Positions 48,910-60,355 of a stretch of DNA of 64,000 bases are shown piece by piece. The notes beneath the pieces were generated by a model, which ran no database searches, was not told where the DNA came from, and saw only the letters and a list, made by a program, of their open reading frames with translations. How positions within the stretch are numbered: position 1 is the first letter of the stretch; every line of letters begins with the position of its first letter. Where the stretch lies: NCBI GenBank assembly GCA_016748015.1, contig JAAOMT010000762.1, positions 124,001 to 188,000 of the forward strand, written 5' to 3'. Both the position numbers and the translations under genes were made by a program. The DNA comes from Geosiphon pyriformis uo1. Taxonomy: Eukaryota; Fungi; Glomeromycota.

Positions 48910-51642
48910 TTAAACTCGATCGCTTGAATTGCTGAAAAAATAAGATAAATCTGTTTTCCTTTTTTTTCGACTATTTACCAGACTCCTTACCTCTCGATCT
49001 TTGGTACGTTCTTCCTTTTGAAGCTCACGCGCAAAATGAAAATCTTGATGTTCACTCAAATTCCGAGAATAAATTAATTGATTACATTTTGGACATGAAA
49101 TGGTTTCTGATGAAAGTGAGTGGGTAGCCCTTTCTTGAATTATCTCCGGAGTTTTGTTATTATTATTTTTACCATGATTGCCGTTTTCTGATCTTCCAAA
49201 AAATTGAAGAATTCCTGTGACCGGAGGATTTGAAAATGAGGCTTTTGATGATTTGTTTTTCTTAGGAGCCTCAGTAACTTGGCTAACAATCGGTGTGATG
49301 GTTTTCGAGCTTAACTTTTCCTCTCCCAAAGGACTAATGTTAAACTCTTCTCGGTCAGCAAGCAGTGGATTGCGGATAGTACTTTTCGCTTGCAAAAAGG
49401 GATGAGACTCTGTCTGTTGATGTTTCACGGCCGAAGAAAGCAACCCTTCTGCTGACACATCATCAAACTTTTTAATAACTCTCATACTCTTTTCGGGGAG
49501 ATCACTTTCTGAATTATGAGTTGAAGCATTCGAAATGTCAGATTTTCTATGCTCCGGGGACTTTAAAAAGAATTTTGCAATATCCACGCTTCCCACACTG
49601 TCATCTTTGACTAAGCCTGTTGCCGCGGCTGAAATGTTGGTGCATGGAAATGCGTAATCAGAACTCTTGAACAATTCCAAAATTTTGTCTGATAAAATAT
49701 CAGGTGACTTTAGACTACCACGTCGTGGGAAAGGAGCTGATTTAGAACGTGGGCTTTGATGGGAGACACATTTAAAATGCATCTAATAATTAATGGTACC
49801 AAAACGATCGAGTAATCTGAATGAATGAGATAACTTTATCCTTAGCTATAAAACTCACCACCAAAGTTCTTGGCCACCTTTGATTCAACTCATAATCATC
49901 GATAACTCGAGTGTATAATTCTGTGGCCAAGATATTCATCCAATGTTCCACATTTGCTAATGTCTTGATTGGAGGCCGAAAGGATTTAGAAGCCATCATG
50001 GATTTCGTAGTATTTCTTTGAACAACTATAAATAAAGTCACATACTCTCGGTTAATTTGAATAACAATATTCACAAACATCTATGTGCAGACCTCCTTCA
50101 GTATCTATTCCACGGCTGATATTAAAAAGCCAAACTCCTGTTGACATTCCAAATTTTGCTTGGAGTTCTTCTACAGTAAATTTCCTTCAAATTTACCAGA
50201 TTTTTCGTATTGGCAAACTCAAATAAACTTTACTGGCCATTATAAATACCGAAACTTAGAAATAATAATTTGAAATACCACAATTCCCCAGCGGTTTCAA
50301 CTTTCAATTCGTTGCCAATCTCTGATCCCAATTTTCCACCAAGATTACGAATTTTTTGAAACGGTAATTCCCGCATGAAATTCATAGCTTCAGTCCCTTT
50401 AAGCACAGTCTGCATAACAGAAAAGTTTTGTACCCTTAATAATTCACATATTGGAATATCTACCCTTACCTGTTTATTTGGTTTGTTTAATGCTGAACAA
50501 AGTTTCGCTAGCGTTTTATTGTGGGCAATTCCTAGGAATACATATGTTGAGCAAATAATGCTGGATATGATACAGATCAGTGACAAATTACCAGCAGAAC
50601 AGGTGTATCCCAATTCCATAAGCACGGTTTCTCTTATTTCTGAAGCCAATTCAGCAGCTATGGCAAGCTGCCAATCATTCCATGTATTTTCTTCAAAAAA
50701 AAAAGACAACCATATTTTAATTCATCATTTCAGTTAAACCTGCATTTTATTTCTATTGACTTACTTTCTTTATCAGCATCAACATCTTCATTCCTAGTAT
50801 TTGACCATATAATCCCTAAACCATTCCAATCAATCTCCGGAGCTTGACTAGATTCATTCAGTTCATGAAATCGTTTCACCAATCTTTCGTTTACAAAGTC
50901 TGTAACATCCATATATGCTTCATCAACACTTGCTCGCTGAATCAACGTACAATATCTTTGTAAAATTTGGAAAATCTGAGAGCTTGCACGACGATAAGTA
51001 TCAAGTGAAACTTTGTGAGTAGCATAATGTGGATTCAAATGATATTGTGGTTCTATCTCTCCATTAACATAAGTAGCCACATGTACAAGTTGCAGTTCTA
51101 AAATTTTTGAAAGGCTAGGTTATCATCGGGGAGAAAGCAAAACTATCTGAAAGTATGGGATGTGAGATAAAGGCCAAACTATACCGGGACATTTTGACCG
51201 CGCTTCGGTAACTGTACAATGTCTTTGGATTCCAGATTCACGTGCTGCATAGTTCACTGGTATTTGGAAAGTTTAGACTGATTATAGATAATTACATTTC
51301 TGAAATCTTATTATTAGAAATTCACCTGCAATCAATCCTTGCCACTGTTGAACCGCTAAAGGAACATTAGAAGGAATTCCCAAGCGGACCTGTTCTGTTT
51401 AATTGATGGGTATGATTTGAAAAACTATACTAAGATTGAAAGACATGAATCGATCTAACATCTGATGCACTTACCAACCTGACAATAAAAACAGTCTTTG
51501 TGACAATAAATGAGTGTTGAATATTCTTGTTCTTCCAACTCACTGAAAAAGTCAAGAAAAGTGACCGAAACAAACCAAGGTCAAGATGAATAATAACTTT
51601 TTGCCTGCGAATAGAGGAGTGAAGGAGAGGAACTTGTGACAT
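48910..51642 (-). CDS. RAD30: DNA polymerase eta (Y-family translesion polymerase), multi-exon
   Basis: Spliced IIHLDL-DCFYCQV-EQVRLG..PLAVQQWQGLIA-VNYAAR; KVSLDTYRRAS; RASVDEAYMD; CSAGIAHNKTLAKL; KIRNLGGKLG; KSMMASKSF; C-terminal UBZ CPKC..EHQDFHFA, basic NLS and PIP-like DLSYFF; short GT-AG introns. Confidence 0.95.
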
Positions 51643-52136
51643 GGAGTAAAATTCAACGGTTCGGCTTTGATGTTTAGCAGAGTAATACCCAAGCTAAATT
51701 CAGTGACTTCCAAAATCCAATGATAAAAAGTGGGAAACCAGTGAAAAGTGGACGCGACACCGCGACCTATCAAACAATAGAGGATCTATAACATGATTGG
51801 TCAAGTGTGTCTTGTCAAAAAGAAATGTAAATATGCACATCATCTTTAATCATTTATTGCCAAATCCGAAGAACGTTAAAACAGGAGTATGGTTGAAATA
51901 TTCATACACAAGGATTAATTTACTAATCAACCATTTGAAATTATTAACAATATTCGAAAATTAATGATCATCGAAAGAATTTATCATTAAAAGATAGCTA
52001 GGAAAATTAAGAAAATTTCTGGATAGTTAAACGTTCCATTTCTCTCAGCGTAATAACATGAAGAGAAATTATGTTCCAATCAGCTCTTTCAACACTCGAT
52101 CCAATTTTGACGAAAAAATTCTAGAGAACTGCTTGA

Positions 52137-53426
52137 TCATTGACTAACTTGGATAGCTCCTGAATCCACAGCTTGTGAGGAATCCTTTTTTGACGTGTAA
52201 AAAATATTGCTTTGAAATTTATGATACAGATTTGAAAATGCAGAGAAACACAAGTTTTGGGAAACAAACCTCGTCAATTTGCATGTATTCACTCATTTCC
52301 GCATCCAACTGTTCTTGTGTTGGCTTTGGTCGATTTTCTGATCTACGGATTCCACCACGACCTCCCCTTATAGAAGAGCCACGAGGTCCACTAGGCATGC
52401 GAACTGATGGTCTAGCCCTATTAAACAATAATCTCAAGTATCAGATCAAGCATTATGTAATAAAAGATCATATGTGATAATAATTTAGAAAATAACAAAT
52501 ATTCTATTTACTCGTTTAGTCCGCCAATCCGTTGAGCGATAGAACCGGCATTGGGAGCCACGACAAATTCGATTTTTATATCACGACCTGAAATTCCAAA
52601 CTAAAGAGATCAGAACTAAATATCTTAAAGATACAGAGGTGAATATCTTTAATACCTACCGTCTAAAGTGGTGTTACGAAACTTTTCGACGGCTTTCACA
52701 GCATCTGTTCTTCTGTTAAAAACGACGGAGGCTGTGCCTTTAGAACGACCATTCTGATCAAAGTTGAGGTTAACTTGACGTACAGGGCCGATCATCGAGG
52801 TGAAGAGTTCCTGGGTTGAAGGGATAGGGGTGTCGAATTACGTTTGTTTTGAGGGAAAGGAGCGGATTTTGCGAGGGGGTTGATTGTTTCAGTAGGGGGC
52901 AACAATTGGTTGGGATTGCAGAGCGGTGAGGAACGTTTCTGACTTTCAAAAGTTCCAAAGCAGCAAGGCGAAGAAAACGGCCGTTGACGAGAAAATTCGT
53001 ACAAAGGTCGCTATGATTCTTCAAATTTATCTGTTGACGGTAACCCCAGCAGCTTTGGCACCAGAACAAGATGAAACTTTTCGCTCTCTCTCGCCTTTAA
53101 AGGCATATCTGCCGACAAATCGGAACGGTATGCAAAGTTTGGACATTTTATGAAATATTTACCCAAAGGTCATTCTCTGTTACTTTATAAGCGAGGTTAG
53201 AAACCAAAATTTTTCCTTCAGTGGCTGCGCTAAGATTCGGCGTTGTGGTAACTGCACTTCCTGTATAGGGTCTCGGTCTACTCTGTGGAGACCGCAAATT
53301 TCTGACTGGACCAGTGGTGCGTTTGCTTGTGCCGCCACCACGGCTGGGGCCCCCAGTTCGAGCTCCTCTGGAAGTTCTTTTGTTTGCAATGATGTCATCT
53401 AAAGACATATCTAAGCTTGCTGCCAT
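52137..53426 (-). CDS. YRA1: RNA export adaptor Yra1/ALYREF; exons 53426-53163, 52810-52660, 52587-52512, 52417-52270, 52184-52137
   Basis: REF-N box LDMSLDDII, RGG region, RRM (KILVSNL...GRSKGTASVVF...LDGRDIKIE), REF-C box TQEQLDAEMSEYM. Splice sites keep the frame. The last exon uses an AAG acceptor and is less certain. Confidence 0.93.
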
Positions 53427-54599
53427 GACGGTCAATTGATTTTGAAAAGTAGTCTTTACGAAAAAAAAAAAAGAAGACGAAAAGCGAAGAAAAAATAAAA
53501 AGCTAAAGTATAATGTGGTTAAGTTGACGAACAAAAAACGAAAAATGGGTACCAATTACCACTTAAATTGATTAGTGTTTTATAGTCCTCAAACTCCCTA
53601 TCAAATATATCATTTAGGGTTTGACCATACTTGGCTTAAATTTTTCCGCATAATTTGTCACATTTCATTTTAAATGTCACGTCCCGGATGATGAAAAGTT
53701 TATCAAGAAAACTATTTTTTATTATTAATAAATTACTATAACAAATAAATTACTATATTATAATTATACAAATATAAAGTTATTTACAAAAAAAAAATAA
53801 AAAACACAAATACTAATTGCTTATTACAAATAAGATACACATAATTATTTTAAATAACAATAAACAATTAACTTTAATTTAATAAAAAATGTTAATAAAA
53901 GAATAAATTAAGCTTTAAAATCTATTAAAACATTATTTTATACAAATCAACCTATTTTATTATTATTATAATAAACAAAATTCAAATAATTTATTAAAAT
54001 TATTATTTTAAATATGTATTTAAATATTTATTCAAGCTATTTTAAAAAAATTATTGTTTAATAAATAAATATTATTTGATTAAAAATTTATTTAATATGT
54101 TAAAATTATAATTTATAAATAAAAAGATATAATAAAAACAATAAAATTACTATAATCAATAAAAATAAAAACTTTAAAAGAATAACTAATAATAAATAAA
54201 ACATTTTTTTAAATTTTTTATTGTTAATTTTTTCTTTATAATTAACAATTAATATTTAATATAAAAAATTTTTTGTCAAAAAAATCAATTTTTTTAAGTA
54301 ATAAAAAAAAATTTAATAATAATACTAGCTTTAATAAAAGCAAAAATAGACTTACTATCATTATTTAATATATTAAAATTAAATGTATTAAAAAATTTAA
54401 TCATATGTTTTTAAAAAAATATTAATATTATTAATAATTTTTATATTATTTTTTTGGTATTATTTTTTTGTTTAAGCTTTATTATATTTTATAATTATAC
54501 TTTTTATATATTATTTAAACCAAATAGTTTTTAAATAAAAAACAAAAGACATTTTTTTTCTCTTCTTTGTTTCAAATTCCCAAAAAAAAATCAAAAGTT

Positions 54600-54824
54600 T
54601 TTTCTTTAAAAGTAGTTTTTTATCATTTAGTACAATAAATTTAAATCATTTTTGCTTGATTACAAGGCCACTGTTGGCTTTAGTATTACTGTTATGAAAA
54701 AAGGTCTAAAAAATTCTGGTTCTGGTGTTGGTGTTAAATCTGTTGTGTTTAAAAAGAAGAGAAAAGGTGATACTTTAAAAGATGATATTAGTGATAGAAA
54801 GATTTCTGCTAAGAAATTAGGTGG
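54600..54824 (+). mobile_element. Probable 5' fragment of another LINE-type ORF1, interrupted by Gypsy C
   Basis: MKKGLKNSGSGVGVKSVVFKKKRKGD resembles the Gly/Ser then basic N-terminus of LINE ORF1 (GSASGLAGVGTHSGTKKKAR); ends abruptly at the LTR edge. Confidence 0.45.
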
Positions 54825-55797
54825 TATTACCAAAGATTTTTGGTTTCTTTTCTTGACTGTTGTTAATGTTTGTCTGTTGCTATTTTCACATTTTCTGGAA
54901 GCAGTTAAACCTTCAATAACTGAATTTATCTTTAAATTATCTCCTATAATTTAAACTGCTGGACTTATAAGTAAAATGGCCAATTCTGTGCCAATTACTT
55001 TGTGTAGTTATATTGTAGTAAATATTAACTTTTTTCCAGGAATTGCTTATCTGGAAGTTTACTAAAAATGTGTAGTTACTTTGCTGTGAAAGTCAACTCT
55101 TCTACAGGAATCTCATTTGTAGGCTACCCTAATAATTATGATAAGAAAAGAATGGAAAAATAAAAAAAATATAAAAGAAATAGAATTCTGTCAAGGAAAA
55201 TGTTTTCTATTTAAGCCTGGAGTTATTAACAGTTTACTGAAATTGGTAGCTAATCAATTTCGAAATGTTAGTTGTGTTTAAGAGAATTTTAAGTATAATG
55301 ATTTAAGAATTTGGTTTTCGAATATTTAATTTTTATTTGAATATGTAAAAGATAATTTGTTTTAATTAAGATATCTAAAGTGAGACACTATGTTAAGATA
55401 CTATGAGAAGATATATTTTTTTAATGAAAAAAGCTCTTCTTTTATACAACTTGTTGTAGTACTAGTCTTTGAACTTGCACTTTTTTTTTTGCTACAATTT
55501 TGGTAAACTAAAGATATATTTTGGTAAATTACAAGTTATTTCACTGAATTATTGATTATTTTAGCCAATTTTCATTAATTTCGGCGAATTTTGACTATAT
55601 TAAATGGTTCAGAGTATTGTGTAATTTGATCATCTTAATTTCTATGGTACAGATTGGATTATTAATTAAGTAATAATATTTAATAATTTGATTAAATAAT
55701 AAGTGGTAATCGAAATAATAATAATATATGCTAATTAATAATAAGAATTATAAGGGTAATTTCATGCTAATTATTAGCTAAAATTCTACTGGTAACA
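54825..55797 (-). repeat. 3' LTR of C
   Basis: Aligns with 63731-64000; termini T(G)TTACCAG...CTGGTAACA. Confidence 0.9.
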
Positions 55798-55809
55798 TAA
55801 TTTTTTCTT

Positions 55810-56480
55810 TAAGACTGAGCTCTATCAAAGTCCAAGCACTATCTGTGATGTCAAGATAGTGGTCCAAAATAATTGAAGTGATTTGGTTTGAAAATTGTTG
55901 AAATTTCAGTTCTGTGAGCTTTCTAATGTATTGAATCTTCATTGGATAAAATATTGGATTTTGTAGGATGTTTTTACAAGTATTAAATAACTTATAGAGT
56001 CTAAATACTGCTCTAAGTTTGTAATGAGTGTTTGTTGATCCAGCTGTTGTCTTGAATTCATTGTGAATTTGTTTTTATATAGTCTCAAAAGTAATGTTGA
56101 TTGCTTCAAGTTCCAGTTTTTGTTCATAAAGTGTTTTTTCAATATGAAAATATCTATATATAAAGGTATGTTTATTGTTTTGTTCATTAAGAAATAATAG
56201 AAGTTTTTGTTGAATAATGGCATTTGGTGGAATGTCAATAGGAGTAATTAAAAGGTTTTCTTTTAATGCTTGCTTCAAAAGTTCTGGTAATTGGATTCCA
56301 GAGTGATCTTTTGTTTTTCTTCTATAGGGGTAATAATTTTGAGAATTATTTACTACTAGTGTTGTGGTTTCTTTCTGAGTATAATTAATTTAACTTCCAT
56401 TAATTATTATAGATAAGTCAGAAAGTGTTTTCAAGGCTAACATTAATTTTTGAAATATTTGTTGAATATTTTGGAGAATA
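55810..56480 (-). pseudogene. ORF3 of family C
   Basis: ORF 56075-56278 continues past one TAA: HYKLRAVFRLYKLFNTCKNILQNPIFYPMKIQYIRKLTELKFQQF; 5' end approximate. Confidence 0.68.
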
Positions 56481-59400
56481 ATTATGATAAAAAAAATTGA
56501 CTAATTAATAAAGAAAATTTAAAAAAGAATAAAGAAAATTATTTTCGAGTATAGGATTTTTATTTGTTTTTGGGTTTGAATGTTTTTTGTAATTATTTTA
56601 CTATTTTTGTTTCTGTTTTTGTGTGTTTTTAAAAAGATTATTATAAAAATATTTTTAAATTAAGTGCTCAAGTTTTGTTGTTGTTTTATTATAATTATTG
56701 GTTCTAAATTTCGGAAAATATCTTCAGGATTAATTAAAGGGGAATGTGTACCAATTTGTGGAATTAATGATTCAGAATTGTTTCTGAAATAATAGTATTT
56801 CAATCTATCTCCATGTGCAACTTTTACTAGTACTTTGTTATCAAGTCTTAACTTGTATGATCCATTGCCTAGAATTTTGTAAATATAAAATGGTCTATCT
56901 TATTTATGTTCAAATTTTTCACTCCATTGTTTTTTAGTCTTAGTTCTGTGTAAGAGAACTTTATTTTCCACTTTAAATTCATTGATAACTGGTGGCAATT
57001 TGTTGTCATATCTTTCTTTTGGTTGGGCTTGAAAGTGTTTAATATGAGTAGCTGCTATGTGTTTTTTTCTTTCCAATATACTAAGAAGAGTGTAGGCTCT
57101 TTTTTGAAGTGTTTTTTGAAAGTTTTTTGAAAGTTTTCTTCATTGGTTGGTTGTACTGAGTATGTTTCCACTGTGAAATTAATTGGTAATGTTGCTGTCC
57201 TTTCATAAGTAAGATTAAATGATATGTGTTTTGTAGTATCTTGTTTTAGTGTTTTGTATATTAATAATACTGATGGAATAAAGATATCCCATTCCTGCTC
57301 AAAATCTGTTGAGATTTTGGCTAAAGATTTACATAATGTTTTGTTAAAACATTCTACAAGTTCATTTGTTTGAGGGTAATAAGGTGATGATAGGGGTCTT
57401 TTAACATTGAATCATTCACAAATTTCTTGTATCAAGTTGTTCACAAAATGTGTTTTTTGATCAGATAAAAGTTCAATTGGACATCTATGTTTACAAATAA
57501 TGTCTTCATAGATAAAATTTGTTACTGATTTTGCATTTGCTCTTTGGATGGCTCTAACTTCAGGCCATTTGGTAAGATAATCTACTGCTATTGCAATATA
57601 ACAATTTCTTTGGGTTGTGATAGATAATGGTCTGACTAAATTAATTCCAAATCTGTCAAAAAATTTTTCAATTTTGATTGGATTTAATGGTTCTGTGGGG
57701 CAAGTTCTTCTTCTTTTTTGACAACTATTACAAGATTCTATATATTGTCAAATGTCTTTTTACATATGAAGCCAAAAATAATGTTCAAAAGTTCTTTGAA
57801 TTGTTCTATCTCTTCCCAAATGTGCTGAAAATGGATCTGTGTACATGTTGTATAGAATTGTTTCTTTTTTATTTTCCTGTACTAATTTGAGTGGTTGGTT
57901 TGGATTTTTGCGATTTTTGTAATACATTTTGTTGTAGTATATAAAATATTGTTTAGATTGGTATTGTAATCAATTTTTTTTACTTGAAGACCAATTTTCT
58001 GGCATGGTAAGAGTCTTCAAATAGTTTTTAAGGTTGTTGTAATTTCTGGAATCTATTGTTGTTTTGTTGTTTTGTTGGTAATAGTAAGTTGTAGTGGATT
58101 TGTTGATGGTGTTAATCTTGTCTTATTCTTGAGAAGCTATTAACATTGGTGTGTAATTTTCCTGGTTTGTGGTGTACAATATATTTGTTGTCTACTAAGA
58201 AATTATTTCATCATAACTGTTTGGCATTTTGTTCAGTTTTCTTTTTATTGAGCCATTTGAAACCAATATTGTCAATTATAATGTCAAATTTTTTTCTATT
58301 CTTTAGATATTACTGAAAGTGTTTAAGAGCCCAAATAACTGCAGCAGCTTCTAATTCAGTTTAGCCATAGTTGAGTTCTGTAGGCTTAAGTGTTCTATTG
58401 ACATAAGCAATAACTTGTTCCTGGCCATTTTCATCTAATTGTGATAGAATGGCACCAAATACTATGTGTAAAACATCAGTGGTTAGTTAAAACCATTTGT
58501 TAAAGTCTGCATAAGCAAGAACTAGGGCTGTTGTCAATTTTGTTTTGAGAGTTTCAAAGGCTTTCTGCTATTCTTCAGTCCATTGATATGGCATGTTTTT
58601 GTTGATAAGATAATTGAGTGGTTTGGCAATTTCTGAGAATTCTTTGATGAATTTTCAATAGTAAGAGATTAATTCTACAAATTCTTGTAGTTCTGTGGTA
58701 TTTTTGAGAGTTTGAAAGTTTTTGATAGCACTAATTATTCCAAGATTTGGTTTGACTTCATCTTTGCTAACAATGTGTCCAAAAAAGATTAAACTTGTTT
58801 TTCTAAAGTGACACTTCTCAATATTCAATTTCAATTCTGCTTTTCATAATCATTGAAAAATTTCTTGTACACATCAGTATCATCAAGATAAACAACTACT
58901 GACTGCCATAAAAATCCTTCATATACAACATCTATGAGTCACTAGAATGTTGCTGGTGTATTGCAGAGTTTAAAAGGCATAATATTGAACTCATAATTTT
59001 TTTCTTGGATAGTAAATGCAGTTTTGGGTCGATCTTTTGGGTCCATTTTGACTTGTCAATATCTATTTTTCAAGTCTAAAGTTAAAAAAAACTTGGCTTT
59101 TTCTAGAACATTTAGCATGTCATTAATTCTTGAAAGAAGATAGACATCTTCAATTGTTATGTTGTTGAGCTGACAATAATCTACACAGAATCTGATTTTT
59201 TTGTTTTTCTTTTTAACAAAAACTACTGGTAAGGCCCAAAGACTTCTTGATGGTTGAATCAATCTATTATTGAGCATTCTTTGGATCTTTTCTTTGATAA
59301 ATTAGTGGCTAGCAGATAAAACTCAATAGGCTTGTTGTCATTTTGGTGGAGCATCTCTTGTATGGATCTGATGTTAAACAATGTCAGTTTTTCTCAGGTT

Positions 59401-59924
59401 ATTGTTGTCTTTTGCAAATATATCTGTAAATTCAGCTATTAGCTGTTTCAATTGTCTTTATTGTTGGGATTCTAAGAGATTTATGTTGATTCAAAAGAGT
59501 TTTTCTTTTAAAAGATGGTAGTTTTCAGTAATAGGGATGATATTTGGATTTGGAAGTAGAGTATATCTTACAATTTTGATAAAATTAGAGACAAGTTGAG
59601 AGTTTTCATTTTGAAAGATGTTATTGTATATGATTCCAATTGCTAATTTGTTTAATAAGACAATAGGATAATTATTGGGGTTATAGAATATAACTTGAAA
59701 TTTTTTTATTCATTTGAGAATATAAACATTTGGAATTAAGATTTCATGCTTTAAACAGATTTGTTCATTGAATTCAAAAATTTGTTGTGTAGTAGTGGGT
59801 TTTGAACAAGTGTAAATTTCGTGATGTTCTCCAAAAAATGAAATAGTAATTGGTTGGAGAAGTTAAAGAATCTGGTGAGATTCATTTTGTGCATTGAGAA
59901 CTATGTTTACTGGAACTGTAAATT

Positions 59925-60355
59925 ATCCAGTTGAACCAAAATCTTGCATTCCTCTTTTACTTTTTTTCAATTGTTCTTTGTTGTTAACTGATTGTAAATC
60001 CGAAATGTTGATTAAGAGTAGGTAAATTGCTTGGACAATTTTTTTAGCATGTTTAATTCTAAATGGTTTGTCTGTTTTATTCTATAACATAATAATAATA
60101 TCTCCAGTATATTCTGCATTTATAACTCCTTCTCTAACATTGATTCTTTTGCTTGCCAATGATAATTGGGAAGCAATTTGGACTATTGCTTCTAGTGGTA
60201 TTTTAAGAACAATTTTGAGATTGATTTTGGTTAAAAATTTTGGTTGGAGAACCAAAGTGTCTTTGCCAGGATATTTTAGGTTATATCTTGCATTAATTTC
60301 GTGGGCTTTTTCTGGTTTTATTCTTTTTCCATTGTTGTCAAAGTATTTGAGTTGT
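59925..60355 (-). pseudogene. dUTPase domain of C pol
   Basis: NARYNL, IASQLSLASK, GVINAEYTGDI, IVQAIY, KRGMQDFGSTG. Confidence 0.88.

Noticed and set aside
52770-53153. Small ORFs or a snoRNA inside the YRA1 intron
   Set aside because: The ORFs lack motifs, and I could not identify a convincing C/D or H/ACA box pair by eye.
48910-53426. Functional link between Pol eta or Yra1 and the surrounding elements, or gene capture
   Set aside because: Both are ordinary intron-containing housekeeping genes outside any element boundary; proximity alone is not evidence.
53427-53555. N-terminal extension of YRA1 in the ORF track
   Set aside because: T-rich 5' leader read from a non-ATG start; the conserved REF-N box starts right after ATG 53426.
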